Shown here piece by piece: positions 46,824 to 61,868 of a stretch of DNA of 64,000 bases. Source of the stretch: Eledone cirrhosa. Lineage: Eukaryota. Made by a program: the position numbers and the translations under genes. The stretch is from positions 24,180,001 to 24,244,000 of the forward strand of contig OZ024761.1 of the NCBI GenBank assembly GCA_964016885.1. Reading direction: 5' to 3'. Under the pieces are notes generated by a model. That model worked only from the letters and a program-made list of their open reading frames with translations. It made no database searches and was not told the origin of the DNA. Position 1 is the stretch's first letter; every line of letters starts with the position of its first letter.

Positions 46824-48530
46824 TTATCACAGTTGCATTTATCTTGCTTTATGTTCATACGAGTTATCACCAAGTCACAACCAGTGACCTCAAGAGACAA
46901 CAAGTTCCGCCATGTTCAGGAAAGAACATACATACACACACATGCATCTTTAGGTGTTTAGACTTGTGATGTACTTATATTGACAGAATCTTCCTTAGTA
47001 TATGGGCAGTTCCCATTAGTACTATCTTTTGTATTTCTCCTATACGCGGGTTTCCTGGGATTTGCGATAAGTAATCATTAGAACCCTTAGGTATCATTCC
47101 TAGAGCACCTACAACCACTGGTATTGTTTTAGTTCTCAACTTCCACATTTTTCCAATCTCTATCTCTAGGTCTTTATACTTGCTCAATTTTCCAAATGTT
47201 TTTATAGATACATTCTTGTCTATTGGAACGGACATATCAATTAGCAGGCATACCCTCTTTTTAAAGTCCTTCAGTATTATATCAGGTCTATTTGCATCTA
47301 TTTTTCGGTCTGTTTCGGTGCTAAAATTCTACAAGACTGAAATGTAATATTTTTCTAGCACGGAAGGTGATTGATGCTCCCACCAATTCTTTTGATGGGG
47401 CAGGTCAAATTTCTTACACATTATCCAATGTATGTATTGTGCAGCTCTGTCATGCCTGTTTAGGTATTCGGTTGGAGAGCTATAGGACTGCACATTGAAA
47501 TTATATGATCAATGGTCTCTGGTTGTTTTTTTACATACACGGCATAATGGGTTACATCCATTTTTTATTATGTTGGCTTGATCATTTTTTGTTGGCAGAC
47601 ATTGATCTTGTGCTGATATAATCAGTCCTCCAGTCTTCGATTTCAGTCCAGAGGATGCCAACCACTGATGGGTTAAAGTTTTGTCAACATCAGTATTGTT
47701 AGCTCTTTCTAGGTATTTTCCATACAGAGGCCTTTCTTGCCATTTCTTAGCCAGTTTCTGTAGTAGTTCTTTCTTTGCAGTTACTTTTACCTGCTTTGCT
47801 TTTACTGTGTTTTTCATTTCAGGAGTAAAGGGAACTTCTGAAATTTGTAGTTCATTACTGTATCTTTGTGCATTTTATGTAATGGAGTATGATCTTTTGA
47901 TGCTTTCGTGTTTCAAAACGAGTTTGATCATCCAATCATGTGCCTCCCTTAGATATGTAGATAATCCAATTGTTGCAGTTTTCAAAGCAATATCTATATG
48001 GATTAATCCACGTCCTCCTTCTTCCCTAGGGAGATATATTCTATCTGTAGCTGCCTTAGGGTGATACCATTCTGTGCATGGTTAAGAATTTTCTAATTTT
48101 TGTATCGAGCCTACAGATCTCTGTGCTTGACCAGTTGATAACATTGTAACTGTAGGTTACTGCTGGTATGGCAAGCGTGTTTATGCTATCGATCCTATTC
48201 CTTGCATTCAACTCCATTCTGAAGATTGCTCTTACTCTGCGGTAACATTCTTCCTTATCCTTTCCCTCATTGTCGAGTGCTTGATTCCGTCTCCTTCACA
48301 AACACCTAGATATTTGTAAGTTTCCGCTTGATCAAGTTCTCTTATCACATTCCCCCGATAAAGATTAATGTCTGAACTTCTCAGCAGCTTTCCTCTGTTG
48401 AACGCGGCTTGGCGCATTTCTCTAGTCCAAACTCCATTTTAATAACATCACTGAACTGCTTCACAATAGATAATAGACCTTGCAATTGCTCATTATTTTT
48501 TGCAAATAGTTTCAGGTCATCCATGTAGAT
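46824..48530 (-). mobile_element. R4/Dong-clade non-LTR retrotransposon, 5'-truncated and decayed (RT C-terminus, CCHC, RLE)
   Basis: YMDDLKLF at the 5' end, YKYLGV, SAQDQCL, LCRVC, RHD, NRPDII, IDMSVP, KLSKYKDLEIE, IPVVVGALG. Ends in (TAA)n. Confidence 0.92.
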
Positions 48531-48559
48531 TATATCCATGTTTTGTTTCATTGAGCATA

Positions 48560-48885
48560 AGGTGAGTGAAAGTGGCGAGTCTGGTCCGAGTGAACGGGTC
48601 CGCTCTGAGTATGCGCCTGTAGACTGAGGAGTGGGAAAACTGAGAGAGGGTGCTTGCCCTGGTGGTCAGAGTGGCCGTGGCCTTTTTGTGTGGTTTTCGC
48701 CACGAGTGACCCTCAGAGGTTTCCCCCTTTTTGGGGAATTTTTGTTGTTTGAATTTTTTTGATTTCTAGCCCAATTTTGTTATGACCTGTTTACACGACC
48801 AAAACCCACTTTGTATCGTCCTGCACTGTTCTGTGCTGTCTCTAATGTTTTTCTTCGTGTTAGCCCTTGTGGCCAATAAAGAAAC

Positions 48886-48925
<40 letters not shown>
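48560..48925 (+). mobile_element. 3' end of a probable L1/Tx1-like LINE with an (ATT)n tail
   Basis: Terminal peptide VKVASLVRVNGSALSMRL* is conserved as VARMVRVNGTALNIRL* in the second copy. 3' UTR ends GCCCTTGTGGCCAATAAAGAAA(ATT)n. Confidence 0.6.
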
Positions 48926-48927
<2 letters not shown>

Positions 48928-48930
48928 CAT

Positions 48931-49361
48931 AAGGGTCGGACGCCTTGCTTTGACGCATAGTGTTACGGCCCTTGCCATTCTAAGTTCAAATCCCGCCGAG
49001 GTTAACTTTGCCTTTCATCCTTACGGGGTCGATAAAATAAAGTACCGGTAATACACTGGGATAATTGCTCGCCTTGTTCACTTTGCCTTTCATCCTTACG
49101 GGGTCGATTAAATAAAGTACCAGTAATGCACTGGGATAATTGCTGGCCTGGTGCCCAAAGTAGAAACAATTATATTATTAGTATTATTATTATTAGAAGG
49201 TCGGACGCCATGCTTTGCAGCATAGCGTTATGCCCCTTTATGGTATGAGTTCAAATCCCGCCGAGGTTCACTTTGCTTTTCATCCTTACGGGGTCGATTA
49301 AATAAAGTACCAGTAATGCACTGGGATAATTGCTGGCTTTGTGCGGCACAAGGCTAGCAAT
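48931..49361 (+). mobile_element. tandem stack of three SINE copies/fragments ending in a small fold-back
   Basis: Core repeated at 48980, 49077 and 49246; TAATTGCTGGCTTTGTGC-G-GCACAAGGCTAGCAATTA at the end. Confidence 0.9.
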
Positions 49362-50023
49362 TATTTATTTATATTTACAAATTAAAGGATATAATAATCG
49401 GTTTTTAATGAGATCCCTGTGATTGATGCAAGGCTACTAATTTGTCAATGTTTGGTGTGAAAACCGTTAGAGATAGTCGTAAATCACCTCTTCTTTCTAT
49501 ATCAAGGCGATTTTGACTTTTTGAAAGCAGATGCATCACCTGACTGAAGCCTGCTTCAACTAAATAAGATGTGGGGAAAGCAAGGAAAAAAGATTTAGCG
49601 TTTTTAATTCGACGGAATATTGTCTACACTTTTTTTTAGATGCAGTTGCCATTTTATCCGAAATATTATATTTTTTAAATAAACAAGAGATTGGTCTTAA
49701 CTTGTAGTCTTATTAGAGATTAAGCGTTTTGTTTACGTTGTTAAGTTATGTGTTTAGAATTATAGCCTAGGAGGCCCACCTAGACCGACAGGAAAGCCAG
49801 GGAGAGGCGGAAGCCCATGTCACCCACTTCCCCGTTAGTTACGCCACTGCTTGTGCCTAAAGTAGAAACAAGTATGATCTGTTGGCAACTGGAAGTATTT
49901 TAGTACATTGCATTAGACATGAACACAACACTAATATCACATAGAACAATACTAGTTGATAACACTATAGTGTAACGCTAGATAGAAAACATGGTAGTTG
50001 ATAACGCAACAATATTGTGTGTA

Positions 50024-50140
<117 letters not shown>

Positions 50141-50265
50141 ATGTATATATATATATGTTTGTGTATACATGTATATGTATGTATATATATGTATATATAT
50201 ATGTATATATATATGTATATGTATATATGTATATATATGTATATGTATATATACATATACATATA

Positions 50266-50299
<34 letters not shown>

Positions 50300-50300
50300 C

Positions 50301-50347
<47 letters not shown>

Positions 50348-50348
50348 C

Positions 50349-50411
<63 letters not shown>

Positions 50412-50501
50412 TATATATATATATACATATATACATATATATATACATATACATGTATATATATACATATATATATATACATATATATATACATATACAT
50501 G

Positions 50502-50567
<66 letters not shown>

Positions 50568-50650
50568 CATATACATGTATATATATACATATACATATAT
50601 ATATATATACATATACATATATATATACATATACATATATATATATATAC

Positions 50651-50709
<59 letters not shown>

Positions 50710-50710
50710 C

Positions 50711-50756
<46 letters not shown>

Positions 50757-50772
50757 ATATACATATACATAT

Positions 50773-50806
<34 letters not shown>

Positions 50807-50812
50807 ATATAC

Positions 50813-50884
<72 letters not shown>

Positions 50885-50888
50885 ATAC

Positions 50889-51049
<161 letters not shown>

Positions 51050-51674
51050 ATGTATAATAAACAATACAATATAATTACCTCATTACCAGAGTAAGACGGA
51101 TAAGAAAGAAACGTCCTGATTCGTTCGTCGGACAAGGTAATTATACATTAAATTTTGCTCTGGTACTTCACTCTGGCACTCTTCACTCCTATGACTTTTT
51201 CAATTCCAACGGAAACTTCATTACTTATATATATATACATATATATATATTTATATATAAAGGACTCGACTGCTGTTTCTAGTTGTCGATAACCCTATTC
51301 ACGCCACTGGCACGAAGCTACTATTATGTGTGTATTTCTAGTAAATACTACACGTGGTGATGGCCAGTCGCAGATTTGAAATTGAAGTGTAAGCACGGAT
51401 TGCTGGAACTTCTTCCTTGTTGAAAATCCAAGTCCCCACTTCCGTGGTTTACCATCCGATTAATTGGTGAAATATATTTCTTTAATGGAATATATACAGG
51501 GAAGATTAATCATATTATAAGGTATCTATTTTTGAAGTTCTGGTCAACTTTATTTAGTTACCTACCTAGATATGTGTGGTTACACACTTGTAAAAATTAT
51601 CTCCTGTGATTATTCATGTTTATATATATGTTAATCAATTTCTAGTTATTATATATATATATATGTAGCGAGAA

Positions 51675-52311
51675 TGTAGCGAGAATGGTCCGAGTGAACG
51701 GGACCGCTCTGAATATACGTCTGTAGTTTGAGAAATGGAAAAATTGAGAGATGGCGCTTGCCCTGGGGGTCAGGGTAGCCGTGGTCTTTTGTGTGGTTTT
51801 CGCCACGAATAACCCTCGGAAGTTTCCCCCCTATTGGAGAATTTTTCATTGTTCAATTTTCATTTTTATTGTTTATATATATATATATGTTTCTATGTCT
51901 TTTTCTTTTCTTATATAAATAATAAAAATCTTTACACGAACAAAACCCACATCGTACCGTACTGTACCGTCTGTAATGTTTTTCTTGATGTCAGCCCTTG
52001 TGGCCAATAAAGAAATCATTATTATTATGCCCAATTAAGGGCGGTGGATTGGCACTATCGGTAGAGGGTCGGACGCCATGCTTTCCAGAATAGTTACGTC
52101 CCTTTACGATCTGAGTTCAAATCCGGCCGAGGTTGACTTTGCCTTTCATCCTTACGGGGTCGATAAAATAAAGTACCAGTAATGCACTGGTTAATTGCTG
52201 GCCTTGTGCCTAAAGTAGAAACAATTATTATTATGCCCAATTGTACCGTCCTGTATCGTCCTGTACTGTCCTTAATGTCTACTTTATGTAAACCCTTGTG
52301 GTTAATAAAGA

Positions 52312-52340
<29 letters not shown>
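51675..52340 (+). mobile_element. second L1/Tx1-like 3' end, SINE (52039-52226, 19-bp TSD) and a third LINE tail (52243-52340)
   Basis: Homology to 48575-48890; ATTATTATTATGCCCAATT at 52018-52036 and 52224-52242. Confidence 0.8.
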
Positions 52341-52347
<7 letters not shown>

Positions 52348-52433
52348 TCTGATAAGGCAACGTACATAAAGTATAAACACGTGACAATGATTCCTGTTCT
52401 ACTTACAATAAAGAGCAAATAATACACCACACA

Positions 52434-52509
<76 letters not shown>

Positions 52510-52552
52510 TCATTCGTATGTATACATATATATGTATGTATGTATATATGTA

Positions 52553-52586
<34 letters not shown>

Positions 52587-52674
52587 ATATGTGTGTGTGT
52601 GCATATGTATATATACATAAATACACACACAGACAAACACTCACACACACATTATATATATATATATTTATACA

Positions 52675-53870
52675 TCACCAACAACAACAACAACAACTAA
52701 CTCAACAACAACCACATTATCAATAACTGCAACAATAACAACAACTACATCATCCACTGCAACAACTGCAACAACATCATCATCAACAAGTACAACAGCA
52801 GCAGCAGTAACAACAGCAACAACATCAACAGTAGTAACAACTACAACAACAACAACAACAACATTAACAGCAGTACCAACAACAACCACAACAGCACCAC
52901 GACCAACAACAAACACATCAACAACTATTACTACAACAACAACAACACCATCTACTACAACAACAACAGCAACAACAACAACAACAATACCACCATATAC
53001 AACAACAACACCAGCAACAACAACAACACCAGCAGTACCAACAACAACAACACCATCTACAACAACAACAGTTCCAGCAACAAGAACAACACCACCACCA
53101 CCATCTACAACAACATCAGTACCAACAACACCACCACCACCATCTACAACAACATCAGTACCAACAACACCACCACCACCATCTACAACAACATCAGTAC
53201 CAACAACACCACCACCACCATCTACAACAACATCAGTACCAACAACAACAATACCACCATCTACAACAACAACAACACCAACAACACAACCAACAACAAC
53301 ACCAGCAGTACCAACAACAACAACACCATCTACAACAACAGTTCCAGCAACAACAACAACACCATCTACAACAACAGCAGTAACAACAACAACACCACCA
53401 CCACCAACAACAACAACACCACCATCTACAACAACAACAACACCATCTACAACAACAGCAGTAACAACAACAACACCACCACCACCAACAACAACAACAC
53501 CACCATCTACAACAACAACAACACCATCTACAACAACAACACCATCTACAACAACAACACCACCACCATCTACACAACCAGCAGTACCAACAACAACACC
53601 ACCACCACCAACAACAACAACACCAACAGTTTCAGCAACAACAACAACAACAACAGTTTCAGCAACAACAACAACAACACCATCTACAACAACAACACCA
53701 CCACCATCTACACAACCAGCAGTACCAACAACAACACCACCACCAACAACAACAACACCAACAGTTTCAGCAACAACAACAACAACACCATCTACAACAA
53801 CAGCAGTACCAACACCGCCACCACCACCACCACCACCACCACCAACAACAACAACAGTAGCAGCAGCAGT
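52675..53870. repeat. (AAC)n-derived compound microsatellite/minisatellite
   Basis: AAC/ACC/AGC triplets with recurring CCATCTAC and AGTACC. Confidence 0.95.
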
Positions 53871-54159
53871 AATTATGCGACGTTTAACCTACCGAATTGT
53901 AGAGTTATTGGGGAGTTTGATTGAAGAAATAAGAGATTAGAAGATGAGAGGAAATCATGGAAGTAAATTGGCGGATTGATGGAGCCATACTTCTACCTGT
54001 TATGGGGGGCGGGTATGTGAGGGTGTGCGGGAAGGTGTGTGTGGTGCGCGGGAAGGTGTGTGAAGGTGTGGTGTGTGTGGGTGAAGGGCGTATTAGGTGT
54101 AATGTCAACGGTTTGATGAAATTGTAAATTCCTTTTATAATTGTATATATATATATATA

Positions 54160-54215
<56 letters not shown>

Positions 54216-54274
54216 TATACTACCATGACTGAATCTCAACCATCTACTATGTCAGGGTATGTCATGCATCATCT

Positions 54275-54341
54275 TATTTTATCTGATGAAGACGTACTGT
54301 TGAAGTTAACTCAGTACCTCTGAAATATGTATAATAAAATA
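54275..54341 (+). ncRNA. minimal type I hammerhead motif (family A-related)
   Basis: Perfect stem I TATTTTAT/ATAAAATA, CTGATGA 54283-54289, stem II AGA.GTACTG/CAGTAC.TCT, GAAA 54322-54325, TATGTA stem III, AUA triplet. Confidence 0.85.
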
Positions 54342-54438
54342 TACTTGATCACAAGAATACCTATTTTGTTAATATTTTGAATTAATATATATATATATAT
54401 ATATATATACAAACACACATACGCCTTCACACACACAC

Positions 54439-54490
<52 letters not shown>

Positions 54491-54668
54491 ACACACACAC
54501 AAACACCCTCACATATATAATAGTGACTATAATAAAGAGATTTGCAGAGATCGAATTTCAATATTGAGAAACTTTAACCATTATATAATATCTCCCCGTA
54601 TGTTGTCAATGAAATCATGGAATCGATATATGGAAATCAGATCTAGGATTTCTCAGGTAAAATATCCC

Positions 54669-56540
54669 CAGGTGAGATAACGATAGCTCAGGTGAGATAA
54701 CGATAGTCCAGGTGAGATAACGATAGTTCAGGTGAGATAACGATAGTTCAGGTGAGATAACGATAGTTCAGTTGAGATAACGATAGTTCAGGTGAGATAA
54801 CGATAGTTCAGGTGAGATAACGATAGTCCAGGTGATATAACGATAGTTCAGGTGAGATAACGATAGTTCAGTTGAGATAACGATAGTTCAGGTGAGATAA
54901 CGATAGTTCAGGTGAGATAACGATAGTTCAGGTGATATAACGATAGTCCAGGTGAGATAACGATAGTTCAGGTGAGATAACGATAGTTCAGTTGAGATAA
55001 CGATAGTTCAGGTGAGGTAACGATAGTCCAGGTGAGATAACGATAGCTCAGGTGATATAACGATAGTTCAGGTGATATAACGATAGTTCAGGTGAGATAA
55101 CGATAGTTCAGGTGAGATAACGATAGTTCAGGTGAGGTAACGATAGTTCAGGTGAGATAACGATATTCCAGGTGAGATAACGATATTCCAGGTGAGATAA
55201 CGATAGTCCTGGTGAGATAACGATAGTTCAGGTGAGATAACGATATTCCAGGTGAGATAACGATAGTCCTGGTGAGATAACGATAGTTCAGGTGAGATAA
55301 CGATAGTTCAGGTGGGATAACGATATTCCAGGTGAGATAACGATATTCCAGGTGAGATAACGATAGTCCTGGTGAGATAACGATAGTTCAGGTGAGATAA
55401 CGATAGTTCAGGTGAGATAACGATATTCCAGGTGAGATAACGATATTCCAGGTGAGATAACGATAGTCCAGGTGAGATAACGATAGTCCAGGTGAGATAA
55501 CGATAGTCCAGGTGAGATAACGATAGTTCAGGTGAGATAACGATAGTTCAGGTGAGATAACGATAGTCCAGGTGAGATAACGATAGTCCAGGTGAGATAA
55601 CGATAGTTCAGGTGAGATAACGATATTCCAGGTGAGATAACGATATTCCAGGTGAGATAACGATATTCCAGGTGAGATAACGATAGTCCAGGTGAGATAA
55701 CGATAGTCCAGGTGAGATAACGATAGTCCAGGTGAGATAACGATAGTTCAGGTGAGATAACGATAGTCCAGGTGAGATAACGATAGTCCAGGTGAGATAA
55801 CGATAGTTCAGGTGAGATAACGATAGTCCAGGTGAGATAACGATAGTCCAGGTGAGATAACGATAGTCCAGGTGAGATAACGATAGTCCAGGTGAGATAA
55901 CGATAGTCCAGGTGAGATAACGATAGTTCAGGTGAGATAACGATAGTCCAGGTGAGATAACGATAGTCCAGGTGAGATAACGATAGTCCAGGTGAGATAA
56001 CGATAGTCCAGGTGAGATAACGATAGTTCAGGTGAGATAACGATAGTCCAGGTGAGATAACGATAGCTCAGGTGAGATAACGATAGTCCAGGTGAGATAA
56101 CGATAGTTCAGGTGAGATAACGATAGTCCAGGTGAGATAACGATAGCTCAGGTGATATAACGATAGTCCAGGTGAGATAACGATAGTCCAGGTGAGATAA
56201 CGATAGTTCAGGTGAGATAACGATAGTTCAGGTGAGATAACGATAGTCCAGGTGAGATAACGATAGTTCAGGTGAGATAACGATAGTCCAGGTGAGATAA
56301 CGATAGCTCAGGTGATATAACGATAGTTCAGGTGAGATAACGATAGTCCAGGTGAGATAACGATAGCTCAGGTGATATAACGATAGTTCAGGTGAGATAA
56401 CGATAGTCCAGGTGAGATAACGATAGCTCAGGTGATATAACGATAGTTCAGGTGAGATAACGATAGTTCAGGTGAGATAACGATAGTCCAGGTGAGATAA
56501 CGATAGTTCAGGTGAGATAACGATAGTTCAGGTGAGATAA
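54669..56540. repeat. homogeneous 20-bp tandem satellite CAGGTGAGATAACGATAGT(T/C), about 94 units
   Basis: Exact 20-bp phase over ~1.87 kb with few variants. Confidence 0.98.
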
Positions 56541-56728
56541 TGATTTACTAGGTTAGATGTGGTTTCATCAACACACTTCAAAGTATTTTTTTTAAAATCA
56601 TGTTCACTTAAAAATGAATTTTAAATAATTAAACTATACACAGACATGTATATAATGTGTAATGAAACTGGAAGGCCCATATATATACGTGTGGGTATGT
56701 ATATATATATAAATATGTGTGTGTGTGT

Positions 56729-56770
<42 letters not shown>

Positions 56771-56772
56771 AT

Positions 56773-56826
<54 letters not shown>

Positions 56827-57752
56827 CTGTGATCTATATAAACTGGTCATAGTACACAAGGCATATACAGACATATATATATATATATACATACACACAC
56901 ACTCACGAATAAATATACACAACACCACCACTAGCTCTCTCATTTCCATTCTCCTTCTCTGTCTCCTCTCCCTCTCTCTGTGACTCTCTCTCTCAATCTA
57001 CTCTCTCACAACCACTATCTCTTTCTCTCTATCCTTCTCTCCCTCTCTCTCTGTTTATAAAGGTACCCAGAGAACCCCGTATCTCGGGAACCCGTGCTTC
57101 GATTTACGCGAAACTTGTTTTATTCCATTTGTTTTCCCATTTCAGGGACAACTTCCTTTCAAAGTATTTTCCCATTATGTGCCCTCTTGGCTGTATTACA
57201 TTACAGACAAGCAAGCAGGCAATCTCAGAGTTGTATTAATATATATATACTGCATCGTAGGGAGATGAAAACGGTGAGATATGGATACAGGGCCTCGTTT
57301 TAGTGGGATCACTGTAGGGATATTGGGATATAGGGTGCCTCAATTATCTCTTACTAAAGGTGCCATCTTGGATATCATCTTGTAGATTAATGAATATCTA
57401 TATATTTACTTATCTCTCACGCCCCCCCCCTCTCTCAATGTGTCTATCCATCTGTCTAAATATCTATCTATCTATCTATCTGCCCATCTCTCTCTCTTAC
57501 ATATATATATATACACACATACCTCTCTATCTGTACATGTATATACAGACACTACTTCCGGTGGTTTAGCTTTTTCTATCCACGAATATATTATGTGTGT
57601 ATATATATATATATTTATATATATTATATTATTTCCGTAGAAAAGGTATATATAATTATATATATAAACATATATATATATATATATACAAATATATATA
57701 TATATATATATACACGCACACACACACACACATATATATAAATACACACACG

Positions 57753-57794
<42 letters not shown>

Positions 57795-57797
57795 CAC

Positions 57798-57863
<66 letters not shown>

Positions 57864-58407
57864 AATTTTTTGACCTCCACCTGTTACACCTAGTGTTGGC
57901 TGTATTTCATAGATTTGGTTGTTATTTCTAACAAAATCAAGAACAAGACCATCGCTACTACTAACATTTCCCCATACCCCATACCCCATACTACCGCCAT
58001 CACCATCGACCCCTCCCCCGCACCTCCAACACCCCTACGCGCCACCGCCTCCCTCACACACCCCATACCACCCCCACCCCCGCATTACCACCACCACCAC
58101 CACATATTCTTGTACTCCTTCGTAGACTCTCTAGTTTGATTAGACACGCTCACAGACACACACACACGCACACACATACTCTCAAACTCTCTGTCTCTCT
58201 CACACACACACACACTCTCTCTTTCACACACCGATACACACTCTATCTCTCTCTCTCTCTCTCTTTTACACACACACATACACACACAACTTTCTCTCTC
58301 ACACATACACCCATACACACTCTCTCACACACACACGCACCCTCTCACACACGCACTCTCACACACATGCACACATACTCTCTCTCTCTCACATACACAC
58401 ACACACT

Positions 58408-58466
<59 letters not shown>

Positions 58467-59167
58467 TCTCTCTTTCTCTCTCTCTCACACACACGAAAAT
58501 GTTGATTTAATTTCTGCTGCTCTTCACGATGTGTTTACTCAAGTAATCTGGTTTATCTTCTCTCTAATCCACTCGGTTGGAAATAGCTTAGATATGTTTA
58601 GTGATGGTCGTCACATTTATATGAGAGAGAGGGGAGGGGGAGAGGGAGACGGGAATATGGAGAGAGGAGAGGGGAGGAGAGTAAGAGAGTGAGTGAGAGG
58701 GAGGGGAAGAGTAAGGGAGATAGAGGAAGACAGAGAGAGAGAGAAATATAGGGAGAGATAGAGAGAGAGAGAGAGCTTTCTTTTTTATGTTTTTAACGCT
58801 TTGCTATGACTCTCTTACTCACTCTCCGTCATACTTATGATCTTTAAGTGTCTTTATGGCTCACTATGTTAATCCAACTATGCCAGTGTCTCTTATGATC
58901 TTTAAGTGTCTTTCTCGTTTAATATGGTTCTTCCATTCTCTCACCCTGTATATATATTCTCTCACCCTGTATATATATATATATTATATATACATGTTAA
59001 TGTGTCTTCTACGTTTGTTATGACTGTGTGTTATGACACCTTTATTTAAGACTGATACTACGACTCTCTCCCCCTTACTGTAGTTCTGTTGTCGTATGCA
59101 TGACGTATGTAAACGTCGGAGGGGCAGATAAATATTGTTTTTTTTTATGCATGCGTATGTATGTATG

Positions 59168-59199
<32 letters not shown>

Positions 59200-59517
59200 G
59201 ACATGTAAAGACTTGATCTTCATCATCATCATCATCGTCATCTGGTCTTTGAGTTTTGCCTTTCTCTTCTCTCGGATAATATTGGTGACAAACAGGTCTT
59301 CCTGCTTGCTCTCTCTTCTTCAACTTCTCTCTCTCTCTCTCTCAATCCTATCACATTGTCTCTTTCTCACTCTCTGACAATCACCCTTTCTATTTCCGTC
59401 TCTTTCACCTTATTCTCTCAATATTCACGTACATATATATATATATACACAGAAACGATCGTAAAATAATGAGTTTTACTATGAATTAACCGTTTTGTGT
59501 TTAATTTCATTGTTTTC

Positions 59518-59601
<84 letters not shown>

Positions 59602-59744
59602 GTACATGTATATATAGATATATACGTACATGTATATATATATATACATACATATATATATATATATGTGTGTGTGTGTATGTATAAATATGTATATACA
59701 TATATAGATGTATATACGTACATGCATATATGTATATATATATA

Positions 59745-59806
<62 letters not shown>

Positions 59807-60093
59807 CAATACTAATAATATTCATTGTCGCGTGCTCACCCTAAAAATGTCGACACACTTAATTCATATGCTATTAATCAATATCCTATACATACATTAT
59901 ATATATATACATATATATACATTATATATATATATACATTATATATATATATATATATATATACACATAAATATATATACATTATATATATATACATTAT
60001 ATATATATACATTTTATATATATATATATATATATATACATATACATACATATATATATATACATATATATATATATGTATATTTATAAGCAT

Positions 60094-60154
<61 letters not shown>

Positions 60155-60162
60155 TTATAAGC

Positions 60163-60215
<53 letters not shown>

Positions 60216-60223
60216 TTATAAGC

Positions 60224-60278
<55 letters not shown>

Positions 60279-60292
60279 TTATAAGCATTATA

Positions 60293-60329
<37 letters not shown>

Positions 60330-60748
60330 GTATATTTATAAGCATTATATATATAATTAACTGATGTTTAATTATATTAAATGATATCGATAACATATTT
60401 ATTGCAAATATACAAATGAGAAATTTGTATTATTTAATTATATTCTAATTAATATAAATATTTTTATTGTGAAAATTAGTATATATATTTCATTATATTT
60501 CTAGAAAGACAACGATGATATTGGAAAAAAATATACACACCAAGATATATATATATATATGTATGTATGGATGGATGCATGGATGTATGTATGTATGTAA
60601 TGCATGTATGTATGTATGTATGTATGTATGTATGTATGTATGTATGTATGTATGTATGTATGTACGGACGTATGTATGTATCTAGTATGTAGGCAAAAGG
60701 CAAACAGAATTAATAAAGCAAATGACACAGTAAAATGGAGAAATATAT

Positions 60749-60823
<75 letters not shown>

Positions 60824-60926
60824 TTTAATTAGTGTATCCGTAATATCACACGCAGTAGCCAATATACAGCAATATTAGCCGTCATTCTTCTCTATTATAC
60901 ACACATACAAACACACTTCTATGAGA

Positions 60927-60985
<59 letters not shown>

Positions 60986-61063
60986 TATATACACACACAC
61001 ATATATGTATGTATATTTATATATATATATATATATGTATATTTATATATATATATATGTATG

Positions 61064-61136
<73 letters not shown>

Positions 61137-61156
61137 CATCAGGAAAGCTTTCTGAG

Positions 61157-61208
61157 GGCTTTCCTGATGATTTCCTTGGAATGAAACAGTTCTAGTCCTG
61201 TAACAGCC
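61157..61208 (+). ncRNA. decayed hammerhead motif (family I)
   Basis: GGCTTTC CTGATGA TTTCC-TT-GGAAT GAAA CAG-TTCTAGTC-CTG TA ACAGCC. Stem I is weak. An upstream inverted copy of the core (TCATCAGGAAAGC) is present. Confidence 0.55.
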
Positions 61209-61493
61209 ATTTCTATATTTAATATTTATACTCTGTTATATATTGGGTACCTTATTTTCTTATGGTTACCCCTGATTGAACCCGACACACACACAGTCAC
61301 ACACACACACACACACACACACACAGTCACACACACACACACACACACACATACACATACACACACATGCATATATATATCAATGTCGGTGCCCCGGCAT
61401 CGTCTCAGCCTGTAGGCTGGAACACGTTATATGTGGTGTTATTAAGCTAGGCATGTCCTGGGCCAATACTGGCCGAAACCTATCAGAGATATC

Positions 61494-61545
<52 letters not shown>

Positions 61546-61584
61546 GATATTAATAAATGGAAACTATATTTCTAAAACCATATT

Positions 61585-61649
61585 TATTTCATTATACATA
61601 TTTCAGGGATACCACATTAAATTATGGTATGCCTTCATCAGACAAAATA
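61585..61649 (-). ncRNA. minimal type I hammerhead motif (family A)
   Basis: Reverse complement of 61804-61868 with one substitution in the stem II region. Confidence 0.85.
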
Positions 61650-61803
61650 CAATATATAACAGTTTTACAAATAAGCTTTGACGTACCCTTTTAAAATGCG
61701 ACCCTTATTTTTGGAGGCCAGCTGGATAGTGAATTGTTTATATTATTTTAATAAGTCTTAGTGTTAAGGACAATTAGAAAAATTGTAAAACTGTTATATA
61801 TTG

Positions 61804-61868
61804 TATTTTGTCTGATGAAGGCATACCATAATTTAATTTGGTATCCCTGAAATATGTATAATGAAATA
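61804..61868 (+). ncRNA. minimal type I hammerhead motif (family A)
   Basis: TATTTTGT CTGATGA AGG.ATACCA...TGGTAT.CCT GAAA TATGTA TA ATGAAATA; lies within ~128-bp inverted repeats 61542-61670 / 61782-61910. Confidence 0.85.

Noticed and set aside
46824-46850. Dong-like LINE as the SINE's partner because both associate with ATT/TAA
   Set aside because: The tails are on opposite strands and the 3' ends share no sequence, whereas the LINE end at 48863 does.
51072-51166. Minus-strand CCGACGA with stem I-like ATTACCTTGT/ATGAGGTAAT
   Set aside because: GAAA is missing in the expected position, so topology cannot be supported.
53233-53577. Cys/Trp-rich peptide resembling metallothionein or toxin
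   Set aside because: Reverse translation of the (AAC)n tract.
54669-56540. Regular short repeat array resembling CRISPR
   Set aside because: No unique spacers, no cas genes, eukaryotic context; it is a tandem satellite.
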